Position numbers and translations under genes: made by a program. 33,898 nt of DNA from positions 1-33,898 of the forward strand of contig CAYNTC010000001.1 of the NCBI GenBank assembly GCA_964399795.1, read 5' to 3'. The stretch is from an uncultured Pirellulales bacterium (GTDB lineage: Bacteria > Planctomycetota > Phycisphaerae > Sedimentisphaerales > Anaerobacaceae). Below, in pieces: positions 10,391 to 17,718 of the stretch (positions are counted from its first letter, which is position 1; every line of letters begins with the position of its first letter). The notes under the pieces were generated by a model. The model saw nothing but the letters and a program-made list of their open reading frames with translations. It did not search any database and was not told the DNA's origin.

Positions 10391-11932
10391 TTATTCCCAT
10401 TCGATCGTTGCCGGCGGTTTGCTCGAGATATCGTAGACGACGCGATTGACGCCACGAACTTCGTTTATGATTCTGCTTGATATGACCTCGAGCACATCGA
10501 ATGGTATCTGTGAAAAGTCTGCGGTCATAAAATCGGAAGTCTCCACTGCGCGAATGGCAATAACGTTTTCATAACTTCGCTCATCGCCCATAACACCGAC
10601 CGTCGAGACAGGCACAAGCACCGTTAACGCTTGCGATATTTTTCTGTAGAGCCCGGCTGATTTTATTTCATCGATTAAAATCTCGTCGGCTGAGCGCAGG
10701 ATTTCGAGCCTTTGGGGCGTCACTTCGCCGATTATTCGTACAGCTAAGCCCGGCCCTGGAAAAGGATGTCGCCAGACAATTTCTTCCGGAAGGCCCAGAT
10801 ACTCACCGACAAGGCGTACCTCATCTTTGAACAGATCTCTCAACGGCTCAATAAGTTCGAAGCCAAGCTCGGAAGGTAGTCCGCCGACATTATGATGAAG
10901 TTTTATGCTTGCGGCTAAGTTGCCATCCTTGGAGCCTGATTCAATTACGTCGGGGTAAAGTGTTCCCTGGGCAAGAAATTTAGCGTTTGGGATTTTCGAG
11001 GCTTCGGACTTGAAAGCCTTGATGAACTCGGCTCCTATTATTCTGCGTTTTTGCTGTGGGTCTGTCACGCCAGCAAGGGCAGTTAAAAACTGTTTTGACC
11101 AATCAACCACACGCAAATCGATGTGAAAGTGATCACGAAAAGTTGAGATTACATTTTCGCGTTCGTTTCTGCGAAGTAAACCATTGTCAACGAAGATGCA
11201 AACAAGTTGATCGCCTATTGCTTTGTGCAGTAGCGAAGCCACGACCGAAGAGTCTACTCCACCGCTTAAGCCGCATATTACCGCAGCCTGGCCGACTTGA
11301 CAGCTTATCGCATCAATGGCGTCGGCGACAAAGTCGCTCATCTTCCAGTCGCCGCTGCAACCACAGATATCGTAGAGAAAGTTCTTCAGTATGACAGGGC
11401 CTTTGGGTGTGTGAGTGACTTCCGGGTGGAACTGGACACCGAAGAATTTCTTTTTTTTGTATCTGACGGCTGCGTAAGGGCAGGTGGGCGAAGAGGCCAA
11501 TTTTTCGAAGTCGCTGGGTAGTTTGCTTACCTGGTCGCCGTGGCTGGCCCAAACCATTGTTGAATCCGGCAAATCAACAAACAAATCGCTTTTATCAAGG
11601 ATTATCAGGCTTGTCCTTCCGTACTCATGCCTCTCTGCTCTGGCGATATCTGCACCGAGTATCTGGCATCCAAGCTGCATCCCATAGCAAATGCCCAAGA
11701 TCGGAACGTCAAGCTCGAATATCTTACTATCACATCGAGGAGCATTATCCTGGTAAACGCTTGCAGGTCCACCAGAGAGTATTATGCCTTTGATCGGTAA
11801 TTTCGATAGTTCGGAAGCAGAAATCCGGGCTGAGAATATCCTGGAATAGACGTTATGTTCGCGGACGCGCCTGGCTATGAGCTGGCCATATTGACTGCCA
11901 AAATCCAGGATTGCGATAATCTCGCGAACCAT
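10391..11932 (-). CDS. guaA: GMP synthase (glutamine-hydrolysing)
   Basis: [25 protein letters not shown], GATase catalytic [17 protein letters not shown]-PPase loop SGGVDSSV, and the canonical C-terminus ATIEWE. Confidence 0.97.
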   Translation of the reverse strand: MVREIIAILDFGSQYGQLIARRVREHNVYSRIFSARISASELSKLPIKGIILSGGPASVYQDNAPRCDSKIFELDVPILGICYGMQLGCQILGADIARAERHEYGRTSLIILDKSDLFVDLPDSTMVWASHGDQVSKLPSDFEKLASSPTCPYAAVRYKKKKFFGVQFHPEVTHTPKGPVILKNFLYDICGCSGDWKMSDFVADAIDAISCQVGQAAVICGLSGGVDSSVVASLLHKAIGDQLVCIFVDNGLLRRNERENVISTFRDHFHIDLRVVDWSKQFLTALAGVTDPQQKRRIIGAEFIKAFKSEASKIPNAKFLAQGTLYPDVIESGSKDGNLAASIKLHHNVGGLPSELGFELIEPLRDLFKDEVRLVGEYLGLPEEIVWRHPFPGPGLAVRIIGEVTPQRLEILRSADEILIDEIKSAGLYRKISQALTVLVPVSTVGVMGDERSYENVIAIRAVETSDFMTADFSQIPFDVLEVISSRIINEVRGVNRVVYDISSKPPATIEWE

Positions 11933-11997
11933 AATTCGTATTTCGTATCACGTCGTGCGTATTGTGTAAACAGCCAAAATAACCAGTCCGTAGTGCG

Positions 11998-12051
11998 TAG
12001 GGTGGGCTTTAGTCCACCAGATCGGATATGGTGGGGCAAGCCTCACCCTAC
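11998..12051. repeat. Paired inverted hairpin-forming repeat units (GTAGGGTG...CCACC type) in the guaB-guaA spacer
   Basis: GTAGGGTGGGCTTTAGTCCACC (11998..12019) and GGTGGGGCAAGCCTCACCCTAC (12030..12051) are inverted copies. They match at 16 of 22 positions by hand, with conserved termini, and each unit is itself partly self-complementary. Translation through it gives the spurious ORF peptide VGFSPPDRIWWGKPHPT. Confidence 0.6.
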
Positions 12052-12067
12052 AACTCTCGAATCATGG

Positions 12068-13540
12068 TTAGTCCTCAAAAGGTAAACTTGCTGAGTAGTT
12101 CGGCGCCTCTTTAGTTATTTGTATATCGTGCGGGTGGGATTCATTTACCGATGCAGCACTTACCCGAACAAATCGAGTCTTGCTCATAAGCTCTTGAATG
12201 CTCCGCGCGCCGCAATAGCCCATACCGGCGCGAAGTCCGCCGACGAGTTGGTAAACAAAATCGCTCAAGGTGCCACGGTACGGTACGCGGCCTTCAACGC
12301 CTTCCGGTACGAGCTTGCCCTGCTCGGTCGTGCTACTCTGGCTGTATCTTTCGGCAGAACCCTTTACCATCGCTCCTAAGGAGCCCATGCCACGGTATTC
12401 TTTGAACTGTCTGCCTTTGTAAATGACCAACTGGCCCGGACTTTCCTTAAGGCCCGCAAACAGTGAGCCTATCATCACGCTTGAGGCCCCTGCTGCGATC
12501 GCCTTTGTGATATCACCCGAATGTCTTATTCCACCATCGGCGATAACCGGAATATTGTTTTTTCTTGCAACATTAGAACATTCCATAATCGCCGATATTT
12601 GCGGCACGCCTACGCCGGAGATTACTCTTGTGGTGCAAATTGCGCCAGGTCCAATACCGACCTTCACGGCATTTGCACCGGCTGCAATCAAATCTTCTGC
12701 GGCCTCGGCTGTAGCAATATTTCCGGCAATTACATCAATCTTGTAGGTCGCTTTGGTTTTCTTGACCGTATCGATGACATTTTGTGAGTGGCCGTGAGCC
12801 GTGTCTACGACGATGATATCAACATCGGCTGCGATCAATGTCTTGATGCGTTCATAGTCGTGCACACCGACCGCGGCGCCGACGCGGAGCCTGCCACGCT
12901 CGTCTTTGGCAGCCCTGGGATATTGCTGGACACGGTCGATGTCTCGCATGGTAATCAAGCCGGCCAACTTGTCATTTGAATTGACCAGCAGCAGCTTTTC
13001 AATCTTGTGCTGTTGAAGGATTTCCTTTGCCTGCTCCAGTGTCGTGCCGGCCGGGCCTGTAACGAGACTTTTTTTTGTCATCACGGAACTAATTTGGACA
13101 TCATAGTCTTTGAGGAACTTCAGGTCTCTACGTGTCAGAATGCCGACGAGCTTTTTACCTTCAACGATGGGAATGCCGGAGACGTTGTGCTCATTCATGA
13201 GCTCCTGGGCACGTTTGACGGGTTCCGTTGGCGATAGGGTCACGGGATCGCTGATAACTCCGTGCTCGGAACGCTTTACCTTGGTGACTTCTCTTGTTTG
13301 GGCCTGGATAGTGAGATTCTTATGGATTATTCCGATCCCACCTTCCTGGGCGAGCGCTATAGCTAATGCTGCTTCTGTAACGGTGTCCATAGCTGCCGAT
13401 ACGATGGGGATGTTTATTCGGATATTGTCTGTTAGCTGTGTGCTGGTGTCGGCCTGGCTTGGAACGAGATCACTCTTGGCCGGCAACAGCAGCACATCGT
13501 CAAAGGTTATCGCTTCCATCGCGATTTTGCCCGTTTCCAT
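12068..13540 (-). CDS. guaB: IMP dehydrogenase
   Basis: [10 protein letters not shown], a CBS pair, catalytic loop [23 protein letters not shown]. The start is re-set to ATG 13540 ([15 protein letters not shown]). A GGAG (complement of 13547..13550) sits 6 nt upstream of it, and the resulting 490 aa is typical for IMPDH. The track's start at 13573 would be only ~5 nt from the predicted transcription start. Confidence 0.94.
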   Translation of the reverse strand: METGKIAMEAITFDDVLLLPAKSDLVPSQADTSTQLTDNIRINIPIVSAAMDTVTEAALAIALAQEGGIGIIHKNLTIQAQTREVTKVKRSEHGVISDPVTLSPTEPVKRAQELMNEHNVSGIPIVEGKKLVGILTRRDLKFLKDYDVQISSVMTKKSLVTGPAGTTLEQAKEILQQHKIEKLLLVNSNDKLAGLITMRDIDRVQQYPRAAKDERGRLRVGAAVGVHDYERIKTLIAADVDIIVVDTAHGHSQNVIDTVKKTKATYKIDVIAGNIATAEAAEDLIAAGANAVKVGIGPGAICTTRVISGVGVPQISAIMECSNVARKNNIPVIADGGIRHSGDITKAIAAGASSVMIGSLFAGLKESPGQLVIYKGRQFKEYRGMGSLGAMVKGSAERYSQSSTTEQGKLVPEGVEGRVPYRGTLSDFVYQLVGGLRAGMGYCGARSIQELMSKTRFVRVSAASVNESHPHDIQITKEAPNYSASLPFED

Positions 13541-13584
13541 TTTATGCTCCTGATTATTAGACATTTTTTTCATATAAAACTTCG

Positions 13585-13613
13585 AGTATAATCACCATTG
13601 AAAAAGCTGTCAA
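13585..13613 (-). promoter_or_regulatory. Sigma70-like promoter for guaB-guaA
   Basis: On the minus strand: TTGACA (13613..13608), a 17-nt spacer, then TATACT (13590..13585). The predicted TSS is near 13578, giving a ~38-nt leader to ATG 13540. Confidence 0.5.
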
Positions 13614-13802
13614 ACCCATTTTTGGGACCGCAGTTTTTATGAGATGAATCCTGCAGATATATGTAGAACAGAATGCAAGCTGAAATCGTAGTACCGGCAA
13701 AAAGTAGTGTTGCAAAATTGCGAGATAGTATCTACCATTTTGCTGCTGCACAGGTCTTTGATATTGTCCAGTCGAGTAAATCGTAAGTAGGCTCGCAATA
13801 CG

Positions 13803-15635
13803 ATGAGTTTTAGACGAGAACTTAATCTGTTCGGTGTATTTTGCATCGCGTCTGGCGCAATGATAAGCTCCGGGCTGTTTATTTTACCGGGCCTTGCCTA
13901 CGCCAAAGCAGGTCCTGCCGTTATCATCAGCTATCTTCTCGCCGGACTGCTTTCACTGCCAGGGATGTTGAGCATTGCCGAGATGACTACGGCAATGCCC
14001 AAAGCAGGAGGTGACTGTTTTACCATCATCCGCAGCATGGGACCAGCAGCAGGTACCGTTGCGGGCTTGCTTAGCTGGTTCTCTCTGGCTATGAAAAGCT
14101 CCTTTGCCCTGATAGGTATGTCGGTTTTTACTGTTCTTATTGTGGACATTGACATACACATAATCGCGGTCACGTTCTGTATTGCATTTCTGATAATCAA
14201 TCTCGTTGGTATCAAAGAAGCCGGTAGAATTCAGGTGATCCTCGTTGTCGGTTTGCTGGCACTTATGGTTCTGTACTTAGTTACAGGCCTGCCTGCTGTG
14301 AAGATCGAGAACTTATCTCCCTTTGCACCCAACGGATTGGCAGCGATATTTTTCACTACAGGTTTTGTCTTCGTCTCTTATGCCGGGCTGTTAAAAATCG
14401 CCAGTGTTGCTGAGGAGATTAAGAATCCCACCCGTAATATACCTCTGGGTATGATTCTTTCGCTTTTAGTTGTGAGCATCTTGTATACACTTATGGTTTT
14501 TGTGACCACTGGTGTGCTTGAGCCAGCCGAATTGAGTCATTCACTTACTCCAATTTCCGATGGTGCTGCTGTCTTTTTAGGTTCCTGGGGCAGAATCGCA
14601 TTGGCGGTGGCTGCCATCTTAGCTTTTCTATCGACGGCTAATGCCGGTATCATGACTGCAGCAAGGTCACTTGTGCCACTGAGTCATGATGGTCTGTTGC
14701 CTGCCTCCATCGGGAAGATCAACGTTAGATTCGGAACTCCGCATGTATCCCTTCTGGTTACCGGCTTATTTATCATTGTATCCCTATTCTTTAAGCTTGA
14801 GATCCTCGTAGAAGCGGCCTCTGTGGTGCTGATCCTGACGAACATTCTATCGTGTGTATCTGTTATCATTTTAAGAGAAAGCCGGATTCAAAATTATCAA
14901 CCGTATTTTCGCACACCTTTGTATCCCTGGATACAAATGATAGGAATTGTGGGCTTTGGTTTCTTGCTGTTTGAAATGGGCAAAGAAGCACTATCCATAA
15001 GCTTTATACTTATCATCTGTGGTCTCTTCGTGTATTGGTTCTATGGCCGAATTCGAACAAACCGCGAGTATGCCTTGTTGCACCTTATTGAAAGAGTCAC
15101 AGCAAAGGAACTCACAACCTACTCACTGGAGGCAGAACTCAGAGAAATCATCCGAGAAAGAGATGAGATCATCAAAGATCGATTCGATAACATAATTGAA
15201 GAAAGTATAATCCTTGATATACAAGGCCCCATGTCAGCAGGAAAATTTTTTAAAATGGTAGCTGATGAAATGGCTGACAGAGTCAAAGTGGAGCCGGCAT
15301 TATTATTGAAGTTGTTTGTAGACAGAGAACAGCAAAGTAGCACGCTATTAAGTCAAAATTTGGCAATTCCGCATATAATCATCGAGGGACAGCATAAATT
15401 TGATATTCTCATCGCTCGTTGTCGCATGGGGATTGAGTTTTCCAAATCAGAGTCAAATGTCACGGCCGTTTTTATCATTGTCGGTACTAAAGATGAAAGG
15501 AATTTTCATCTCCATTGCCTAGCGGCAATCGCGCAGATAGTTCAGGATCCGGGCTTCGAAAAGAAATGGACGGAAGCGAGAAATAAGGAGGCGTTGCGTG
15601 ACATTGTTCTGCTGGGTAAGCGAAGGCGGCGCTAA
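13803..15635 (+). CDS. APC-superfamily amino acid/polyamine permease with a C-terminal PTS EIIA type-2 (PtsN/Fru-like) domain
   Basis: About 410 aa of multi-TM permease (LFGVFCIASGAMISSGLFILPG, typical of the APC N-terminus). This is followed by a ~190-aa soluble tail with DREQQSSTLLSQNLAIPH (His codon at 15372..15374), VTAVFIIVGTKDE and HLHCLAAIAQIVQD. These are colinear with the EIIA-2 signatures RE..gsT.ig.G.AiPH and HL..La.la..l. Confidence 0.85.
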   Translation: MSFRRELNLFGVFCIASGAMISSGLFILPGLAYAKAGPAVIISYLLAGLLSLPGMLSIAEMTTAMPKAGGDCFTIIRSMGPAAGTVAGLLSWFSLAMKSSFALIGMSVFTVLIVDIDIHIIAVTFCIAFLIINLVGIKEAGRIQVILVVGLLALMVLYLVTGLPAVKIENLSPFAPNGLAAIFFTTGFVFVSYAGLLKIASVAEEIKNPTRNIPLGMILSLLVVSILYTLMVFVTTGVLEPAELSHSLTPISDGAAVFLGSWGRIALAVAAILAFLSTANAGIMTAARSLVPLSHDGLLPASIGKINVRFGTPHVSLLVTGLFIIVSLFFKLEILVEAASVVLILTNILSCVSVIILRESRIQNYQPYFRTPLYPWIQMIGIVGFGFLLFEMGKEALSISFILIICGLFVYWFYGRIRTNREYALLHLIERVTAKELTTYSLEAELREIIRERDEIIKDRFDNIIEESIILDIQGPMSAGKFFKMVADEMADRVKVEPALLLKLFVDREQQSSTLLSQNLAIPHIIIEGQHKFDILIARCRMGIEFSKSESNVTAVFIIVGTKDERNFHLHCLAAIAQIVQDPGFEKKWTEARNKEALRDIVLLGKRRRR

Positions 15636-15784
15636 AATCCAGCGACTTCTCGCTCAGCCTTAAAAGATCTTCATACACGCATGGCCTGTCTGATAAATTT
15701 ATGCAAAGGACGCCCTTATCAATCATTTACAGCTGTCCTTCGAATATACAATTTTACAAAGAGTAATAGCATTGACCTTTCAAC

Positions 15785-15814
15785 TTGACAAATTAGTAGT
15801 GCATATCATACTAT
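15785..15814 (+). promoter_or_regulatory. Orphan sigma70-like promoter in an AT-rich non-coding region
   Basis: TTGACA (15785..15790), an 18-nt spacer, then TACTAT (15809..15814). No convincing CDS follows for ~400 nt until dxr. Confidence 0.35.
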
Positions 15815-16109
15815 CAACCGTAACGCTAACCGATTCGAACTGCGGCTAATTTCATGGCCTGGAGTGTGCTTAGCAGTATACTTTAACAGGTATGTGAGTA
15901 CTAACCAGCTAAGAAGGTGTTGTTTAAATGAAGAAAAAGACTCCATTTGCCGAGAAGAAATAAAGGGTAGCGATAAAAAAGTGCACTTAACAAATGTGCC
16001 CTTACGATCGACACAGAGGTAGGTTGTGCTTTGCACAACGGTTATCCTACGCGTCTGAGGAAAAAGATTGGGTAAGAGATTAGTAGTCTTTCAAATTCAA
16101 TTAGTTGGG

Positions 16110-16181
16110 TTGTCATTCCGCACTTGATGCGGAATCCAGTCTATTAATAATTTTGGATTCCCGCCTTCGCGGGAATGACAA
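16110..16181. repeat. Palindromic repeat element with TTGTCAT...ATGACAA termini, made of two inverted hairpin units
   Basis: The left unit is TTGTCATTCCGCACTTGATGCGGAATCCA. The right unit is TGGATTCCCGCCTTCGCGGGAATGACAA, whose reverse complement is TTGTCATTCCCGCGAAGGCGGGAATCCA. Each unit folds on itself (ATTCCGC/GCGGAAT; ATTCCCGC/GCGGGAAT). The track's dxr ATG at 16175 lies inside the right terminus. Confidence 0.6.
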
Positions 16182-16216
16182 GCCACAAAGAAAATTTTGA
16201 CAGAATATTAGAGCTT

Positions 16217-17407
16217 ATGTCAAGAACTATTGCCATTTTGGGTTCGACAGGTTCAATCGGGAAAAACGCTCTGCGCGTAGTTGATGCGCTCGGGTCTGAC
16301 TACTCGGTTTTTGCTCTCAGTGCCCATAGTAGCGTTGAGCAGTTGGCAGAGCAAGCACGACAGCATAAGCCGAGATTCATCGCTATTACCGATTCTAACT
16401 ATGAAGGGCAGATTCGTGAATTGGTCGGTGATCAGCCGGTTGAGGTTCTGGCTGGTCCGGAAAGCCTGGCGGAAATTGCGCAGATGCCGGACGTAGACAC
16501 CGTTTTGACTGCTGTAGTTGGGGCGGCTGGCCTTTCACCCGCTGTTGCTGCGGTTCGGTCTGGCAAAAGACTTGCAATTGCAAATAAAGAACCACTTGTT
16601 ATTGCAGGTGAACTACTTACAAAGACCGCTGAGCAGAATGGCAGTACCATCCTGCCGGTGGATAGCGAGCACTCGGCGATCTGGCAGGCCTTGCGTTCGG
16701 GCTCTTCCAAGGAAGTTTGCAGAATTATTTTGACTGCTTCGGGCGGGCCATTCAGGAAAGCGACGATAGAAGATATTCAAAATGTAACGCTCGAGCAGGC
16801 TCTGGTGCATCCGGTCTGGGATATGGGCCCTAAAATTACTATTGACTCAGCGACGATGATGAACAAGGCCTTTGAAATCATTGAGGCGCACTGGCTTTTC
16901 GGCATAGCTGTGGAGAAAATCGAGGTACTTATTCACCCCGAATCAATAGTCCATTCCCTTGTGGAGTTTGTGGATGGCTCGATGATAGCACAGCTTAGTG
17001 AGCCTGACATGTGTCTTCCAATCCAGTATGCTTTAACGTATCCTGCACGTGTTGCCGGGATTTCAAAGGGTCTGAGGCTCGAAGAGATAGGACAACTTAC
17101 ATTCGAGAAACCGAACTTAGAGATATTCCGAGCATTGACACTGGCCTACGAGGTATGTCGCATTGGTGGTACTGCTGCGGTGGTTTTCAATGCGGCAAAC
17201 GAGGCTGCCGTCGAAGCGTTCTTAGCCGGCGGAATCAAATTTGCCGACATAGTACCGCTCATAGAATACTGTCTGAACAAACATGAAGTCAAACACTGCA
17301 GTCCCGTAAGGGATGGCCAAGCTCAGTGCCTTGAGGAAATACTCGAGGTAGACGCTTGGGCCAGAAACGAGGTTAAAGCGAAAGTCCAAAATTGCTCAAA
17401 TGTGTGA
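16217..17407 (+). CDS. dxr: 1-deoxy-D-xylulose 5-phosphate reductoisomerase
   Basis: MSRTIAILGSTGSIGKNAL (NADPH loop at the extreme N-terminus, as is usual), ANKEPLV, PVDSEHSAIWQ, LTASGGPF, NKAFEIIEAHWLF. The start is re-set from 16175, which is inside the repeat, to ATG 16217. Confidence 0.93.
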   Translation: MSRTIAILGSTGSIGKNALRVVDALGSDYSVFALSAHSSVEQLAEQARQHKPRFIAITDSNYEGQIRELVGDQPVEVLAGPESLAEIAQMPDVDTVLTAVVGAAGLSPAVAAVRSGKRLAIANKEPLVIAGELLTKTAEQNGSTILPVDSEHSAIWQALRSGSSKEVCRIILTASGGPFRKATIEDIQNVTLEQALVHPVWDMGPKITIDSATMMNKAFEIIEAHWLFGIAVEKIEVLIHPESIVHSLVEFVDGSMIAQLSEPDMCLPIQYALTYPARVAGISKGLRLEEIGQLTFEKPNLEIFRALTLAYEVCRIGGTAAVVFNAANEAAVEAFLAGGIKFADIVPLIEYCLNKHEVKHCSPVRDGQAQCLEEILEVDAWARNEVKAKVQNCSNV

Positions 17408-17493
17408 GAACAGAAATCGTGTATCGTTACCTGCGAACTGCCGAGCGAACAGCAAAGTATATGATACTTATCTACTCAAACGGACCGATTTTA

Positions 17494-17622
17494 TTGTCAT
17501 GCTGAGCCGAAAGGCGAAGCATCTGGCTTTAGCAAAAGAAAACCCATATTTTCTCTGGCCAGATTCTTCGCTTCACTTCGTGGAGTTTACCCTTGAGCGG
17601 AGCGAAGGGCTCAGAATGACAA
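17494..17622. repeat. MITE-like palindromic element with TTGTCAT...ATGACAA termini
   Basis: Terminal inverted repeats TTGTCATGCTGAGCC (17494..17508) and GGCTCAGAATGACAA (17608..17622) match at 14 of 15 positions. Inner inverted repeats GCGAAGCATCTGG (17514..17526) and CCAGATTCTTCGC (17559..17571) match at 12 of 13. The right arm carries a ~31-nt insertion. There is no coding capacity; the track ORF 17400..17687 is a translation artefact of it. Confidence 0.55.
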
Positions 17623-17718
17623 GGCGATATATGTCTTTGCAAATAAAAGAATTATCAATAATAATGTTAGTAAATAGGTCAGTTTGAGTTATCTAATAAG
17701 TGTATAAGAGGTAGCTTG

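Noticed and set aside
13585-13595. An extended -10 (TGn) element for the guaB promoter.
   Set aside because: On recounting, the TG sits one base too far upstream (TGAT-TATACT). Only the plain TTGACA-17-TATACT match is claimed.
15830-15840. CCGATTCGAAC, which on the minus strand reads GTTCGAATCGG and resembles a tRNA T-loop.
   Set aside because: The flanking bases do not form a T-stem (CGCAG against CGGTT), and no acceptor or anticodon arms can be drawn. Not a tRNA.
15806-16036. 76-aa minus-strand ORF in the AT-rich gap.
   Set aside because: No SD, no motifs, and a composition consistent with a chance ORF in AT-rich DNA. The region is treated as non-coding.
16175-16216. The ORF-track start of dxr at ATG 16175 (MTSHKENFDRILEL…).
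   Set aside because: This ATG lies inside the right terminus (GGGAATGACAA) of the repeat element. Dxr proteins normally begin a few residues before the GSTGSIG loop, so ATG 16217 is preferred.
17400-17687. 95-aa ORF (…VMLSRKAKHLALAKEN…LERSEGLRMTRRY…) between dxr and rseP, and the 76-aa ORF 11855..12085 (…VGFSPPDRIWWGKPHPT…).
   Set aside because: Both are read-throughs of the palindromic repeat elements. The peptide strings are the usual translation artefacts of such repeats, not proteins.
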